Shown: positions 29,718 to 41,062, counted from the first letter of the whole stretch. The stretch: 62,549 nucleotides of DNA, filler included, from an uncultured Myxococcia bacterium (GCA_964617105.1; 23 parts of 23 records of this genome joined end to end with filler, not necessarily neighbours in it); one strand, 5' to 3'. Made by a program: numbers and translations. Notes: a model not told the origin generated them from the sequence alone.

Positions 29718-29791
29718 TATCCCACGAGAACATATATTTGGTGGGATAATAATGGGATAAATAACACAAAAGTGGGATAGGAGTGGGATAA
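29718..29791. repeat. Five (G/A)TGGGATA copies, probable integrase arm-type binding sites
   Basis: Inverted copy at 29718; direct copies at 29741, 29752, 29772 and 29783 (two pairs at 11-bp spacing). Confidence 0.7.
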
Positions 29792-29805
29792 ATAAAGGAG
29801 CGATT

Positions 29806-30535
29806 ATGGGCTATAAATGGCATCGAACTCAATATCGAGGTGTTCGTTACGGGAATCATCCAACGAGAAAGCATAACGGAAAACCAGACAGGTATTTTAC
29901 TATCCGATATAAAATCAATGGAAAATTAAAAGAAGAATCAATCGGTTGGGCCTCTGCTGGCTGGAATGCCCAAAAAGTTTCTCTGGTACTCGCAGACCTA
30001 AAAAATAGACATCTGACAGGAGATGGCCCTCAAACATTAAAACAAAAACGGGAATCAGCCCAAGAGGAACGAGAAAAGGTTGAAAAAGAGAGAATCACCT
30101 TTACAGACTACTTCACCAATACCTATTTCCCCATTGCCCAACAAAATAAAAAGCGTCAATCCTATATAAGAGAAGAAAGCTTATTCAGATTGTGGATCGC
30201 CCCTGTGATCGGTGACTTACCTTTTGCCGAAATAAGCCCCTTTCATCTTGAAAAGATCAAAAACAACATGACTCAAGCTGGACGAGCGCCTCGTTCAATC
30301 CAATACGCTTTTGCTGTGATCCGCCAGATATGGAATAAAGCCAGAGTTGAGGGGCTAGTTTTCGATGAGTCCCCTACCAAGCAAGTGAAATTGCCAAAAT
30401 TCGATAATAAAAGGCGGCGGTGGTTGTCAGGTGAAGAAGCAGAACTGCTGTTGGCAGAGTTGAGACTGAAAAACTATCAGGTTTATGAGATTGCCTTGAT
30501 TAGTATATATTGTGGACTGAGAGCCAGCGAGATAT
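29806..30535 (+). CDS. Genomic-island/prophage tyrosine integrase with N-terminal arm-binding domain (3' partial)
   Basis: RYFTIRYKINGKLKEESIGW arm-binding strand set; core-binding helices; YCGLRASEI catalytic Arg; adjacent to the tRNA att site. Confidence 0.9.
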
Positions 30536-30637
30536 NNNNNNNNNNNNNNNNNNNNNNNNNNNNNNNNNNNNNNNNNNNNTTAATTAATTAANNNNNNNNN
30601 NNNNNNNNNNNNNNNNNNNNNNNNNNNNNNNNNNNGA

Positions 30638-30952
30638 AAATTAAAATTACTAGAATTTAGAGAGTTGGGGGTGCGGAATGTGAGGTATAAATACACTGAC
30701 CTGGGACCAATGCGGGCCATATCTTTTTCAGCCTTAAAAAAACTGAACATGCAAGATGAAAATTATGGCTGGACCATTGAGATGCAGATTAATGCAATTC
30801 AATCAGAGTTGCGGATAACAGAAATTCCAGTATCCTACCGTTCCAGGATAGGAAAATCAAAAGTTAGCGGAACTTTTTTAGGCTCCATTAAGGCTGGAGT
30901 TAAAATTCTTTACTGTCTAAGCCGGAGTGGGATAAAGAGATTTATACCTTGA
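30638..30952 (+). CDS. Family 2 glycosyltransferase (DPM1-like), C-terminal fragment
   Basis: YTDLGPMRAI, YGWTIEMQI and EIPVSYRSRIGKSKVSGT. Confidence 0.85.
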   Translation, partial: KLKLLEFRELGVRNVRYKYTDLGPMRAISFSALKKLNMQDENYGWTIEMQINAIQSELRITEIPVSYRSRIGKSKVSGTFLGSIKAGVKILYCLSRSGIKRFIP

Positions 30953-31051
30953 TATAAATTTTGATAGTGTTATAATTTTACAACTTTTTACCCCCCATTT
31001 TTATAATGGGCTTAATTTTTCAGTTTTTACCATAATAGAACTCTAAAAATT

Positions 31052-32458
31052 ATGAAATTCAAGTGCGGCAAATGCCAGACCAAATATGCAATAAGCGATG
31101 AAAAAGTAAAGGGACGCATTTTAAAGATTCGCTGCAAAAAATGTTCCCAACTAATGGTAATTAAAGGCAAAACTGTTCCCGATCCTCCCGGTGAACAAGT
31201 TGAAAAAATTCCCAAGCAACCAGCCACTTCAATGCCTGTCGCATCGGAAACAGTCAAACCGCCCCCTTTGCCCCCGAAACTGCCGGTTAAAACTCCAATT
31301 GAATCTTCAAAAGAGCCTGATGCAGAAAAAGAAAAACCCGTATTAACAGAACCTTTAATTGAAAAAACTGAACAAAAGCCAGAATACAAATCAGAAGACC
31401 AAGAAGATGAACTCAGCAAAACCGATCTAATCGCCAAGGCAGAGCAACTGGAATTGGCGTTACATGATGGTAAAAAACCCGATCACCAGTTAGATGAAGA
31501 GGTGATTGACAATGAGTTGGAGTCCTTTTTTATCCAGGAGATAGATGAAGATGCTCTAAATAAACCAATTTTGGATGAGCGGGATCAGAATTCTGAGATC
31601 TACTATATCACCCCATCTTTTGATGGAGGCGAGTCCACCGGGGTTTTTATCCTCAGAGCCGGCCTGGATAAAAAAAGTTCCCAAAAGAAATTGGGGATGT
31701 CTATCGTTTTAATAGTTAGTTTGATTTGCTTTGGTGTGGTTTCTTTAATCTATATTTTAGGCAGTTTCGATGTTATTGACAAAATGGATTTCTTTTCTAT
31801 TGGCACCGGCCCTACGGTTGGTTACAGCGCTTTATCCAATGAAGAGAGATTGGCCATGCAGAAAAGGCTTTTTGGATTAAAGGAAAAAAGGAAAAAACAG
31901 CGTAAACGCTACTTATCTCGCTCCAGACGCACCAGAGGAATGACCAGATCGGATGCAAAAAATTTGAATGGCCCCTTAAATGCGCCTATGTTTCAAAGTA
32001 TGCCCACACCGGGAAGTAGTAACGTCAATCGGAAAAAGATGGATAAACAGTACGCACTAATGTTTCAAAATATGAAAAAGGGCGGTGCCAGAGTTCCCCT
32101 GACCTCTCTTTCAAAGTCGGGCGGGAATGACAGAGGTAGTATCCCCGCTGGTGGCAAGATTGATCCATCCGATCATTCAACCATTATCAAAGAGATAAAA
32201 CGGCAAAAAAATGCTATTAAGTTTTGTTATGAACAAGCCCTAAAAAAAGATCCATCCTTAAAAGGGCGAATGGATATAAGTATAATTATACTAACCAGCG
32301 GCAAGGTGGAGGATGTTATTATTCGTAACCGAAAATACCGAAATCACAAAGTGGGAAAGTGTGTAAAAATGAGGATCAAACGCTGGCGATTTCCACAGTT
32401 GACCGGTAATAAAAAAGTGCAATTCGATATCCCATTTCACCTATCTTTATCCTATTAA
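31052..32458 (+). CDS. Zinc-ribbon / transmembrane / AgmX-PglI (TonB-C-like) protein, GltJ/AgmX-like architecture
   Basis: CGKCQTKYAISDEK...IRCKKC; Pro-rich linker; one TM helix; IKFCYEQALKKDPSLKG...CV...IKRWRFP...PF. Confidence 0.8.
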   Translation: MKFKCGKCQTKYAISDEKVKGRILKIRCKKCSQLMVIKGKTVPDPPGEQVEKIPKQPATSMPVASETVKPPPLPPKLPVKTPIESSKEPDAEKEKPVLTEPLIEKTEQKPEYKSEDQEDELSKTDLIAKAEQLELALHDGKKPDHQLDEEVIDNELESFFIQEIDEDALNKPILDERDQNSEIYYITPSFDGGESTGVFILRAGLDKKSSQKKLGMSIVLIVSLICFGVVSLIYILGSFDVIDKMDFFSIGTGPTVGYSALSNEERLAMQKRLFGLKEKRKKQRKRYLSRSRRTRGMTRSDAKNLNGPLNAPMFQSMPTPGSSNVNRKKMDKQYALMFQNMKKGGARVPLTSLSKSGGNDRGSIPAGGKIDPSDHSTIIKEIKRQKNAIKFCYEQALKKDPSLKGRMDISIIILTSGKVEDVIIRNRKYRNHKVGKCVKMRIKRWRFPQLTGNKKVQFDIPFHLSLSY

Positions 32459-32487
32459 ACAAATTTAAAGGTGAGGTTAAAGTTATA

Positions 32488-32751
32488 ATGTTTTTGGGAA
32501 AAGTTATGGGCTCGGTGGTAGCTACTTATAAGTACCAGGGTTTAGAAGGAATTAAACTGTTGTTGGTTCAACCCATAGATGGGAATTATGAGCCCAATGG
32601 CGACCCGTTAGTGGCTTGTGATACTGTAATGGCGGGCCCTAGAGACTATGTCTACATGGTAGGCAGCAGAGAGGCGTCTATGGCCCTGGATGAATCTTTT
32701 GTCCCGGTTGACGCTGCCATAGTTGGTATTGTAGACCAGGTTAACTCATGA
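32488..32751 (+). CDS. EutN/CcmL family microcompartment vertex protein (BMC-P)
   Basis: [15 protein letters not shown]...KLLLVQP...VACDTVMAG...DAAIVGIVD. Confidence 0.93.
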   Translation: MFLGKVMGSVVATYKYQGLEGIKLLLVQPIDGNYEPNGDPLVACDTVMAGPRDYVYMVGSREASMALDESFVPVDAAIVGIVDQVNS

Positions 32752-33017
32752 AGATATGCCTGGTTTTAAAAACAGTGGTTTCAACCATAAAGCATCCCTG
32801 TTACCAGGGTTTGAAATTGCTTCTTGTCCAACCGTTAGACAGCCAAGGCGGCTCAACCGGAAAGCATTACCTGGCTGTGGATATGGTGCAAGCCGGCGTT
32901 GGAGATCGGGTTCTGGTAATGTCTGAGGGCAACGGAGTTCGGCAACTGTTAGGACAACCAAAAATACCAATCCGCTCATTGATTGTGGGAATAGTTGATC
33001 AGGTGGATATTAACTAA
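32748..33017 (+). CDS. EutN/CcmL family microcompartment vertex protein (BMC-P)
   Basis: VVSTIKH...KLLLVQP...[15 protein letters not shown]...IVGIVD. Confidence 0.93.
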   Translation: MKICLVLKTVVSTIKHPCYQGLKLLLVQPLDSQGGSTGKHYLAVDMVQAGVGDRVLVMSEGNGVRQLLGQPKIPIRSLIVGIVDQVDIN

Positions 33018-33035
33018 GCAGGTGGATATTAACTC

Positions 33036-33243
33036 ATGAATGATAACCGTCTGAAAGAGGCTATGGTAAAATATAGCCATTTGGTGTACCACAAACAGTG
33101 GGTTGCCAATCATGACGGTAATTTAAGCGCCCGTTGTTCAGGAGATCTGTTTCTATTAACCCCCACCTCTTTTAGTAAAGGTGATATTACCTCCCGGCAT
33201 CTGATCACGGTTGATTCAACCGGAAAAAGAAGATCTGGACGCT
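33036..33243 (+). CDS. Class II aldolase/adducin family protein, N-terminal fragment
   Basis: VANHDGNLSAR...FLLTPTSFSKG...LITVD..G. Confidence 0.88.
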
Positions 33244-33343
33244 NNNNNNNNNNNNNNNNNNNNNNNNNNNNNNNNNNNNNNNNNNNNTTAATTAATTAAN
33301 NNNNNNNNNNNNNNNNNNNNNNNNNNNNNNNNNNNNNNNNNNN

Positions 33344-34602
33344 GTGTAATCCCCTTCTAAAAAGGCAAATATCAGGGTACCGAGCACGAAAATCCCCAGA
33401 TAAAGAGCCATAAATCCGGCTATGGAGCGGAGAATATCTTCATTAACGGTTTTTTGATTTAATTTAATATGATACACGCCGCGGGGATGGATCAGGCGAT
33501 AAATTTCTCTAACCCCAATTTTAAGCATCAACATGATCCGCATAATTTTAGGCCCGCCGCCGGTGGAGCCGGAACACCCTCCCATAAACATCAGCGTCAT
33601 AATAAATATGTATGGAACTGCCGAGTTGGTCCAGGTAGCAAAATCATGGGTAGCGTACCCCGTGGTGGTCAAGATGCTGGCCACTTGAAAAATCGCCAGG
33701 CGGAAAGATGTTTCCAAAGTATAACCATGACTGTATAACAGGCTGAAAAATATGGCTGATGAAAAGAGCAAAAAAACCGCTATATAGAATCTAAACTCTG
33801 AGTCTTTTATATACTGCCAGACTTTTCCCTTCATAGCGATAAAATGGAGGCTGAAATTTATCCCGGCCACCAGCATGAACAAGGTGATTACATATTGAAT
33901 ATAGGGGCTGTTATAGTGGCCTATGCTGGCATTTTTTGTGGAGAATCCTCCGGTAGCCATGGTGCCGAAAGTGTGGCATAGCGAGTCAAATAGATTCATG
34001 CCGCCTGCTAATAGCAGCACCACTTCCATTCCAGAGATCAGCAGGTAGGCTTTCCAGAGAATTTTGGCGGTTTCACCGATTCTGGGGCTTAGTTTGTCGG
34101 TTACCGGACCCGGCACTTCTGCTTTGAATAACTGCATACCGCCAACTCCCAAAAGGGGGAAGATAGCTACTGAGATCAAAATTATTCCCATACCGCCCAG
34201 CCAGTGAGTAAGGGATCGCCAGAAGAGAAGGGGTCTGGTCAATGTCTCAATATTTGGTAAAATCGAGGATCCGGTAGTGGTAAAACCGCTTACTGATTCA
34301 AAAATACAATTGGTAATTTCCGGTATCTGACCGCTGGTGATAAAGGGCAGAGAGCCAAATAAACAGCAGCTAAACCAACCGAGACTGACGATAACAAAAC
34401 CTTCCCTGTGCCCGATTTCCCGTTTTTGTCCACGAGTGAAATAAAAAATCAGGGAATTTGGCGTCATGGTGATCAAGATGCTACCAATAAAAGGGAGGTA
34501 ATCAACTCGGTCATAAAAGGCAATACCCAGGGGAATCAGCATACAGATGCCGATTAGTATATTCAAGGCCGCCACCAGGTTAAAAATTTCTTTATACTTC
34601 AT
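33344..34602 (-). CDS. trkH: Trk potassium uptake membrane protein (3' partial)
   Basis: FESVSGFTTTGS, WLGGMG, TMATGGFS, TTTGY and GGCSGSTGGG. Confidence 0.93.
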
Positions 34603-34703
34603 GGAGCAAATTTAACTACATTATCTCAATTGACAATAAAAGTGTAATATTATATCATTTATACAGCTTTAATAAAGGCAAAAGCATCAGAAGGTAAGAT
34701 TAT

Positions 34704-35084
34704 ATGAGTGAGCGGAGAAAAAGAGAAATTCCTATAGCTGAAAAAATTGACCGGAGAGTAGGGGAACGCCGGGAAGATAAAAGAATTGCCCTGGAGATAT
34801 GGGTTGAAGAACAGCCAGATGACAATTCTATATATTTTTTAAGGGCGACTAACTTGAGCCAGGGTGGGATCTTTTTTGATCAGACCATACCCCATCCGAT
34901 TGGAACTATAATAACCATCAAATTTAATTTGCCAGGAAATAGAGACGCCATTATCGCCAAAGGTGAAATAGTGAATATCCCAGGTAAAGAAAAACTGGGC
35001 ATGGGAGTAAACTTTACTGAAATCGGCGAAGCAGAGATGGAACTGGTGCGGCAATATATACGGACTAGCGATTATAAAGACTAA
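34704..35084 (+). CDS. PilZ domain protein (c-di-GMP-binding type)
   Basis: ERREDKR (RxxxR), NLSQGG and GMGVNF. Confidence 0.88.
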   Translation: MSERRKREIPIAEKIDRRVGERREDKRIALEIWVEEQPDDNSIYFLRATNLSQGGIFFDQTIPHPIGTIITIKFNLPGNRDAIIAKGEIVNIPGKEKLGMGVNFTEIGEAEMELVRQYIRTSDYKD

Positions 35085-35112
35085 TGTCAATAATAGTTTT
35101 AATAAATATTTA

Positions 35113-35948
35113 ATGAATAATAGTACTCTATCATATTTTAAACTAAAAGATCTCTTTGGTAACCATCTTAATAAATTCTACCATTTCATTGACAGTGGTT
35201 TGGGTCCCCTGGAAAAACTTCTAACCGAAAATCATTGTTACGACTCTATCAACTTTTCTCACATCGGCCCTGAGTTCGAAGATAATCTCAATACCATTGT
35301 TAACTTGTCCGGTGAAAAAAAACATGCCTTAAAAAATCTCAGTACATTTTACGCCCACCACTACCTGTCCCTAAACGCCGAATTCCTGCAACACCTGTTG
35401 GCCATACAAACTGGACCGCACCCAACGGAACTCTATATTCGCTTTTTGAGGAAACTGCGAAATGATTACCTGATTATCAACAAAGCGACCCTTAACGTGA
35501 TCCTGGAGTAGTTGTCCAAGGGAAAAAAGTTGCCGGAATATGCCATTATCAACACCGGTAATATCTGTGACCAGGAGGATTTAGATCTATGGATAGCAGT
35601 AAGGGAAGAGGAAGATAAACAACTTCTAAATCCCTATATAACCTCCTTGAGTCAACAGTGTTGGAAACGGACCATCAAACTACATTTTTATTTGGCCGAA
35701 GTGCTCAAAAGTCCCTATTATTCGGGGACTATGGAGGAATATGATCATCTGCTCAATGGTGCACCCAAAAATATTGTTATTATTTCCCAGATACTGGACA
35801 GCGCCTTTTTCGCCGGCAGCAGCAGCCTCTTTAGTGATCTCAATAACAAATTGATGGGAAAATATCTTAACGGCGACCAGCACTCCAACTATTATTACCA
35901 GGGGTTGGTTTTTGGGGCTCTGAGAGAAATTGAATCCCTGTTGCATCA
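35113..35948 (+). pseudogene. Nucleotidyltransferase-fold (DUF294/GlnE-like) gene interrupted by one in-frame TAG at 35509-35511 (3' partial)
   Basis: ORFs 35113..35511 and 35512.. are contiguous in one frame; YAIINTG...DQEDLDL follows the stop. Confidence 0.6.
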
Positions 35949-36048
35949 NNNNNNNNNNNNNNNNNNNNNNNNNNNNNNNNNNNNNNNNNNNNTTAATTAA
36001 TTAANNNNNNNNNNNNNNNNNNNNNNNNNNNNNNNNNNNNNNNNNNNN

Positions 36049-36660
36049 ATCTCCAATCTAGCACCGGGAGAAGGAATTGTCCCATCTCAGGAAACTTCCT
36101 TAAGTGGCACTACTGCACCGGCAGCAGAAGAGGAAATGATAGGTCGACAGTTATCAGGTGAAGAATTTGAAGATATTATGATGGATCTGTTTGCAAAAGC
36201 CCAGGAGGTCTATCAATTCAGTAAAGATGAGAGCAAAGGACTCCAGTTTATGCTGAACCTCACTATGGAAAAGATCAATGCTGAATCTGGCTCAATCTTT
36301 TTAGCCGATATTAACGACAAATACCTTAAGTTCGGTGCGGCCAAAGGCCCTAAGGCAAAAGAAGTGATGAAGTTTACCGTGCCCATGGGAAAAGGGATCG
36401 TTGGCTTTTGCGCCAAAGAGGGCGTGGCGCTGACCATCTCTGATGTCAAACTGGATCCTCGTTTTTTTGCCGAAATAAGTCAAAAAATCGGTTATGACAC
36501 CAAATCTATTTTATGCTGCCCGATTCAAGTTTCTGGCCGGGTTCTGGGCGCCCTGGAACTGATAAACAAGGTTGGCAGTAATGTCTTTACCGAGCAGGAA
36601 ATCAATATTGCCGAATACCTATCCCATCAAACTGCTGAGTACCTACTCACCTTAAGATAA
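36049..36660 (+). CDS. GAF domain protein (5' partial)
   Basis: AESGSIFL, GKGIVGF, DPRF, TKSILCCPI and GALELINK. Confidence 0.88.
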   Translation: MSNLAPGEGIVPSQETSLSGTTAPAAEEEMIGRQLSGEEFEDIMMDLFAKAQEVYQFSKDESKGLQFMLNLTMEKINAESGSIFLADINDKYLKFGAAKGPKAKEVMKFTVPMGKGIVGFCAKEGVALTISDVKLDPRFFAEISQKIGYDTKSILCCPIQVSGRVLGALELINKVGSNVFTEQEINIAEYLSHQTAEYLLTLR

Positions 36661-36662
36661 TT

Positions 36663-37277
36663 TTGCTGCTTTTAAATATAATAAATGCTCCCCACCACCT
36701 AACATCATTTTTCTTTCTCTGTTTCTTTTTCTATTCATTTTTATTTTTTAGGCCTATCTATGTTTATGCTGTTGACAACTATCAATGGCAAGATAAAAAC
36801 GGTGTTACTCATTTTACCGACAATATCGACAGTGTTCCTGAATCAGTATTAAAAAAATACTTACAAAAGAAAGAAAAATCAGAAAAGAAAAAGAAAGGAA
36901 AAAAAAACCATCGCTTGAAAAAAAGAAACGTTAATAAAACGAACTCCTATAACAGCCAAAAAATAAGACCAAAAAAAGGAGATTGGTTAAACAGTTATGT
37001 GGAAGGTAAACGAAAGTGGCAAAAATTGGTCCAATTCTGGGTAAAAGAAAAACAATCTATAACCCAAAAAATATTAATCGCCAATCAGAGGACCGCCTCT
37101 CTTCGAAAAAAATACCTGGTCAAAAAGAGGATATTAGATCGGCAAAACTATTTAAACGCTCTAAAAGATTTGAAGGGACTAAAGGAACGGCTGCGGCAAG
37201 TAGACAAGATACTGCAGGAGGATATTCCCAACCAGGCCCAAAAAAAAGGAATACCGCCAGGTTGGCTACGCCAATAA
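36663..37277 (+). CDS. DUF4124-like exported protein
   Basis: YQWQDKNGVTHFTD and C-terminal GIPPGWLR. Confidence 0.8.
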   Translation: MLLLNIINAPHHLTSFFFLCFFFYSFLFFRPIYVYAVDNYQWQDKNGVTHFTDNIDSVPESVLKKYLQKKEKSEKKKKGKKNHRLKKRNVNKTNSYNSQKIRPKKGDWLNSYVEGKRKWQKLVQFWVKEKQSITQKILIANQRTASLRKKYLVKKRILDRQNYLNALKDLKGLKERLRQVDKILQEDIPNQAQKKGIPPGWLRQ

Positions 37278-37442
37278 TAGTGCCTGTAAGTAAATTTGCG
37301 GGTTATTTACTTCTGTTTTAATAAAAAAGATGGTTAAAAAGTTGTCTTATACTTTTTGCTTTGTTAACATATAAATATAGTTGCTATTGAATAACTCCTC
37401 ATCCATTTAGATGCGGACTACAAAAATAAGGAAAAATAAGAA

Positions 37443-38642
37443 TTGGATGATATTCCCTTATGGGAAGGCATTGGAATCACCTGCTGTATAATACTGAGTA
37501 GCTTCTTTTCCGGAGCCGAAACCGCCTTAACATCGCTCACGCTGGTCAAAATAAAACAAATCCTTAACGAACTTGGCGCCAAATCTTCCAGCCTCAAACT
37601 ATGGGAACAGCGACCAAATCGGGTGCTGATCACAGTTTTAATCGGCAACAACCTGGCTAATATCGCCGCATCGGCTCTGGCTACAAATGTGACGTATCGA
37701 TATTTTCCCAACAAAGCGGTGGCCATCGCTGTTTTTATCATGACTTTTATTATCCTGATATTCGGAGAGATCATCCCAAAAACTTACGCTCGCAGCAATG
37801 CCGATAAACTTGTTGTTTCCATTATGAGGGTGTTGAGATTCTTCTACTATTTCTTCTATCCCATTCACGTTCTCTTATTCAATTTCTCCAGGTTGGTGAT
37901 CATATTGATGGGAGGTAAACTACCGAAAGCCCAGACTCTGACCACCAGAGATTTGGAATTGCTGATCGATTTGAGTCACAAAGAGGGGGTGCTGGAAAAG
38001 GGAGAGGAAGAGTTGCTCCACTCTGTCATGGAGTTTGGCGATATTATGACCAAAGAGATCCTGGTTCCACGCACCGATATGGCGGCTATCGATGTGAATA
38101 ATGATTTCCAAGAAATGGTGGAGTTCTTACTGCAGACCCATCACTCCCGTATTCCAGTCTTTCGTGAGAATATGGACAATATTATTGGCATTTTATACGC
38201 TAAAGATTTAATAAAAATTTTTCAGGAAAACTTTTCTTCTGAACTTTTTAAAATTACAAGATTGTTACGCCCCGCCTATTTTGTTCCTGAAACCAAAAAA
38301 ATCAGTGAACTTTTAGAGGAGTTTAAGTCCAGAAAAATTCATATCGCCATTGTGGTAGACGAGTTTGGCGGCACCGCAGGCATTGTTACCCTGGAAGATA
38401 TTATCGAAGAAATAGTGGGCGATATCCAGGATGAATATGATATTGAAGAAAAAATGATCATGTCGCTTGGCAATGATGTTTTAATTGCCGATGCCAGGGT
38501 GACCATCAGAGATCTGGAAGAGCACATAAACCTGGAGTTTCCCCAGGAGGGAGATTTTGATACCCTGGGAGGCTTTATCACCGCCTTAACCGGGAGTGTG
38601 CCGAAAAAGAACACTCGTATGGAGTGGCAGGATTACGAATTC
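37443..38642 (+). CDS. CNNM/HlyC-CorC family (DUF21-CBS-CorC) transporter (3' partial)
   Basis: FFSGAETAL, FGEIIPK, HSRIPV, VDEFGGTAGIVTLEDIIEEIVG and DTLGG. Confidence 0.93.
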
Positions 38643-38743
38643 NNNNNNNNNNNNNNNNNNNNNNNNNNNNNNNNNNNNNNNNNNNNTTAATTAATTAANN
38701 NNNNNNNNNNNNNNNNNNNNNNNNNNNNNNNNNNNNNNNNNNG

Positions 38744-41062
38744 TCAATTGGCGGGCTGGAGTTTTTAAGTCGCCAGTATGATGATTTCGGTCGGGTTGAA
38801 TCAGAGTATAGTCCTGAAGGCAATCCTAGATACAATTACAATCCGTTTGGTGAAATAAGCACTGTCTGGCGAATGGATGACAATGGAAAGAAGGAAAAAT
38901 ATGTCGCTTATCAGTATCAGAATGGATTGGTGGAAAAACTAGTTGATGGACTAGGTCATGAAACAGCCTACTCTTATGACAATGCTGACCGGTTGGTTAA
39001 AGAAGTTTTTGCAGACAATACCACTATAACAAGAACCTATTTGCAAGGAACAAGTCTGGTTCAAAACTATTGGAACCGCAATAACGGCAACAGCGGATTT
39101 GAATATGACCGTTTTGGCATGGTCAGTCGCATCACTTCTGAAAATAAAAATTCAACTTCCGGCTGGAGCGGCATTTCCGAGGTCAAGTATGAACGGGATA
39201 TCAGAGGACTGATCTCAGCGGAGTCATCGGGCAACCCGGCTGATTCCCAGGACAATGTCAGAATGGCATTTAAGAGGGATTCCTTCGGCTATGCCATGGC
39301 GGAACAGTCCAATCTGCTTGGTTCACCTATCTCCTATTCCCGCTCCATATACGGCCTTCCAGAGGAGATTTCGGTTGGTCAGAATATGGTCAAGCAGGTC
39401 CATGATCCTTTGAACAGGGTTAAAACAGTGAGTTTTAATTCTACCCAGGTGGCAGATTACACATACCTGGGTCTTGGTGCTGCTAAAAACATCAGATTTG
39501 GTAATGGGATAAGTGAGTTATGGATGTTTGACAGCAAGGGCCGGAAAACAGGTGCGAAAAGCCTTAATAACGGTCATTTATTAAGGCAGTTCGGCCTCTA
39601 TTGGAATAAAAAAGGGCTGCCTGCCAGGATCGATTCGAAAAACGGGAAAAACCCGACATCCTCCAGCATTTTTTCCTATGATGGATTTAGCAGGGTTGCC
39701 ATTGAAAATCATGGGCTTACCAGGCTGCCTTTTATGCGTTCCGGCAATATTGTCAACAATCAGTTGTCACCCTATTTGAAAAAGGGGAAAAACTGGCTTG
39801 ATTATAGAATAGATGCAGCGGATAACAGGGTTGAAATTTCATCAGGTAGTTCTACACGCCCAACGAAGCCCATAATTGGAACGGACAACCGCTATACCGA
39901 TTACAATGGCAAAATCACCAACGATTCTGAAGGCAATGTGCTGTCCCTGCCCAACGGGGCCACCTTTAAATACAATGGCCTGGGGCAACTGGTTTCCGCT
40001 GAAAAAAATGGCAAGAAATATTCGTTTATTTACGATCCCTTTGGCCGGTTGGCTGCCTGGAAGGGACCTGACGGGTATGTGAAATTGCAGTATGCCGATA
40101 ACCAGATCATCAGGGAGGAAGGGAAGCAGACCAGGTTTTATGTGCCGGGAGCAGGCGGAATCCCCGTGGCCATGGTGAGTGGCAAGAATACCTATTACCT
40201 GCATTATGGGTGGGGAAACCGGATTCAGTCCCTTTCAGACCAAAATGGTAAACTGGCTGAATATTATTCCTATTCGGCATTTGGGGATCCTAAAACTTAT
40301 TCTGCCAATGGTTCTTTGCAGCAAAATCCAGTTAACCAGTTGTTGATTGGTGGGAAGGTTTATTTTCCATCATTGGGTTTGCATCGGTTCGATATGCGGT
40401 TTTACCGTCCGGGATGGGGTAGGTTTATGAGCCCTGATCCTATGGGATATTTTGACGGGCCGAATATGTTTGCCTATGTTGGGAATCAGCCTTTGGTGTT
40501 TTGGGATCCTACAGGGTTGGGGGCGATTGGAATTGGAGATAACCGGAATAATCCGGCATTTCAATATAGCGGAAATTCATATAGATACCCAAGTTATGCA
40601 AATAAATACCATTATATGTTAAATCCTGAATGGCAACAGAATATGTGGACACAAATCGGTAGAGGAAGCAAGGGTATTTTGACCGAATTTGGAAAAGAAC
40701 TATTGCGCTTTGATGAAGTTGATGCTGCCATTCTTAGTTCAGGTGGGGCTGCTGCAATGATGCCGATGGGTCAAATTTATAGTGTTGGTGCAGGTAGTTC
40801 TGTGGCTATTAAAAGAATCCTTAAAGCCTTGAACAAAGTAAGAAAATCAGGTAGGAAGTTGGTTGGAAAAACTTCAAAAAATTCAGTCAAATGGGTTGAT
40901 GAAAATGCCCATATGAGTAACCGTGCAAAATTATACAATGATTCAGCTACTGGTGCACGATCAAATATAACTACACAAAAGGGGCAAGCACCACAAATTA
41001 CACGAACTTTAGATGATGGTTCCACCAAAGGCGTAAGGTTTGTACTTGCCAAGCGACGATGA
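38744..41062 (+). CDS. RHS/YD-repeat polymorphic toxin (5' partial); C-terminal toxin domain appears truncated
   Basis: YD repeats; core end RFYRPGWGRFMSPDPMG...FAYVGNQP...DPTGL; tip WVDENAHMSNRAKLY...GVRF. Confidence 0.9.
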   Translation, partial: SIGGLEFLSRQYDDFGRVESEYSPEGNPRYNYNPFGEISTVWRMDDNGKKEKYVAYQYQNGLVEKLVDGLGHETAYSYDNADRLVKEVFADNTTITRTYLQGTSLVQNYWNRNNGNSGFEYDRFGMVSRITSENKNSTSGWSGISEVKYERDIRGLISAESSGNPADSQDNVRMAFKRDSFGYAMAEQSNLLGSPISYSRSIYGLPEEISVGQNMVKQVHDPLNRVKTVSFNSTQVADYTYLGLGAAKNIRFGNGISELWMFDSKGRKTGAKSLNNGHLLRQFGLYWNKKGLPARIDSKNGKNPTSSSIFSYDGFSRVAIENHGLTRLPFMRSGNIVNNQLSPYLKKGKNWLDYRIDAADNRVEISSGSSTRPTKPIIGTDNRYTDYNGKITNDSEGNVLSLPNGATFKYNGLGQLVSAEKNGKKYSFIYDPFGRLAAWKGPDGYVKLQYADNQIIREEGKQTRFYVPGAGGIPVAMVSGKNTYYLHYGWGNRIQSLSDQNGKLAEYYSYSAFGDPKTYSANGSLQQNPVNQLLIGGKVYFPSLGLHRFDMRFYRPGWGRFMSPDPMGYFDGPNMFAYVGNQPLVFWDPTGLGAIGIGDNRNNPAFQYSGNSYRYPSYANKYHYMLNPEWQQNMWTQIGRGSKGILTEFGKELLRFDEVDAAILSSGGAAAMMPMGQIYSVGAGSSVAIKRILKALNKVRKSGRKLVGKTSKNSVKWVDENAHMSNRAKLYNDSATGARSNITTQKGQAPQITRTLDDGSTKGVRFVLAKRR

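Noticed and set aside
35509-35511. Genome-wide TAG reassignment
   Set aside because: Several conserved genes in the window end in TAG at their expected C-termini.
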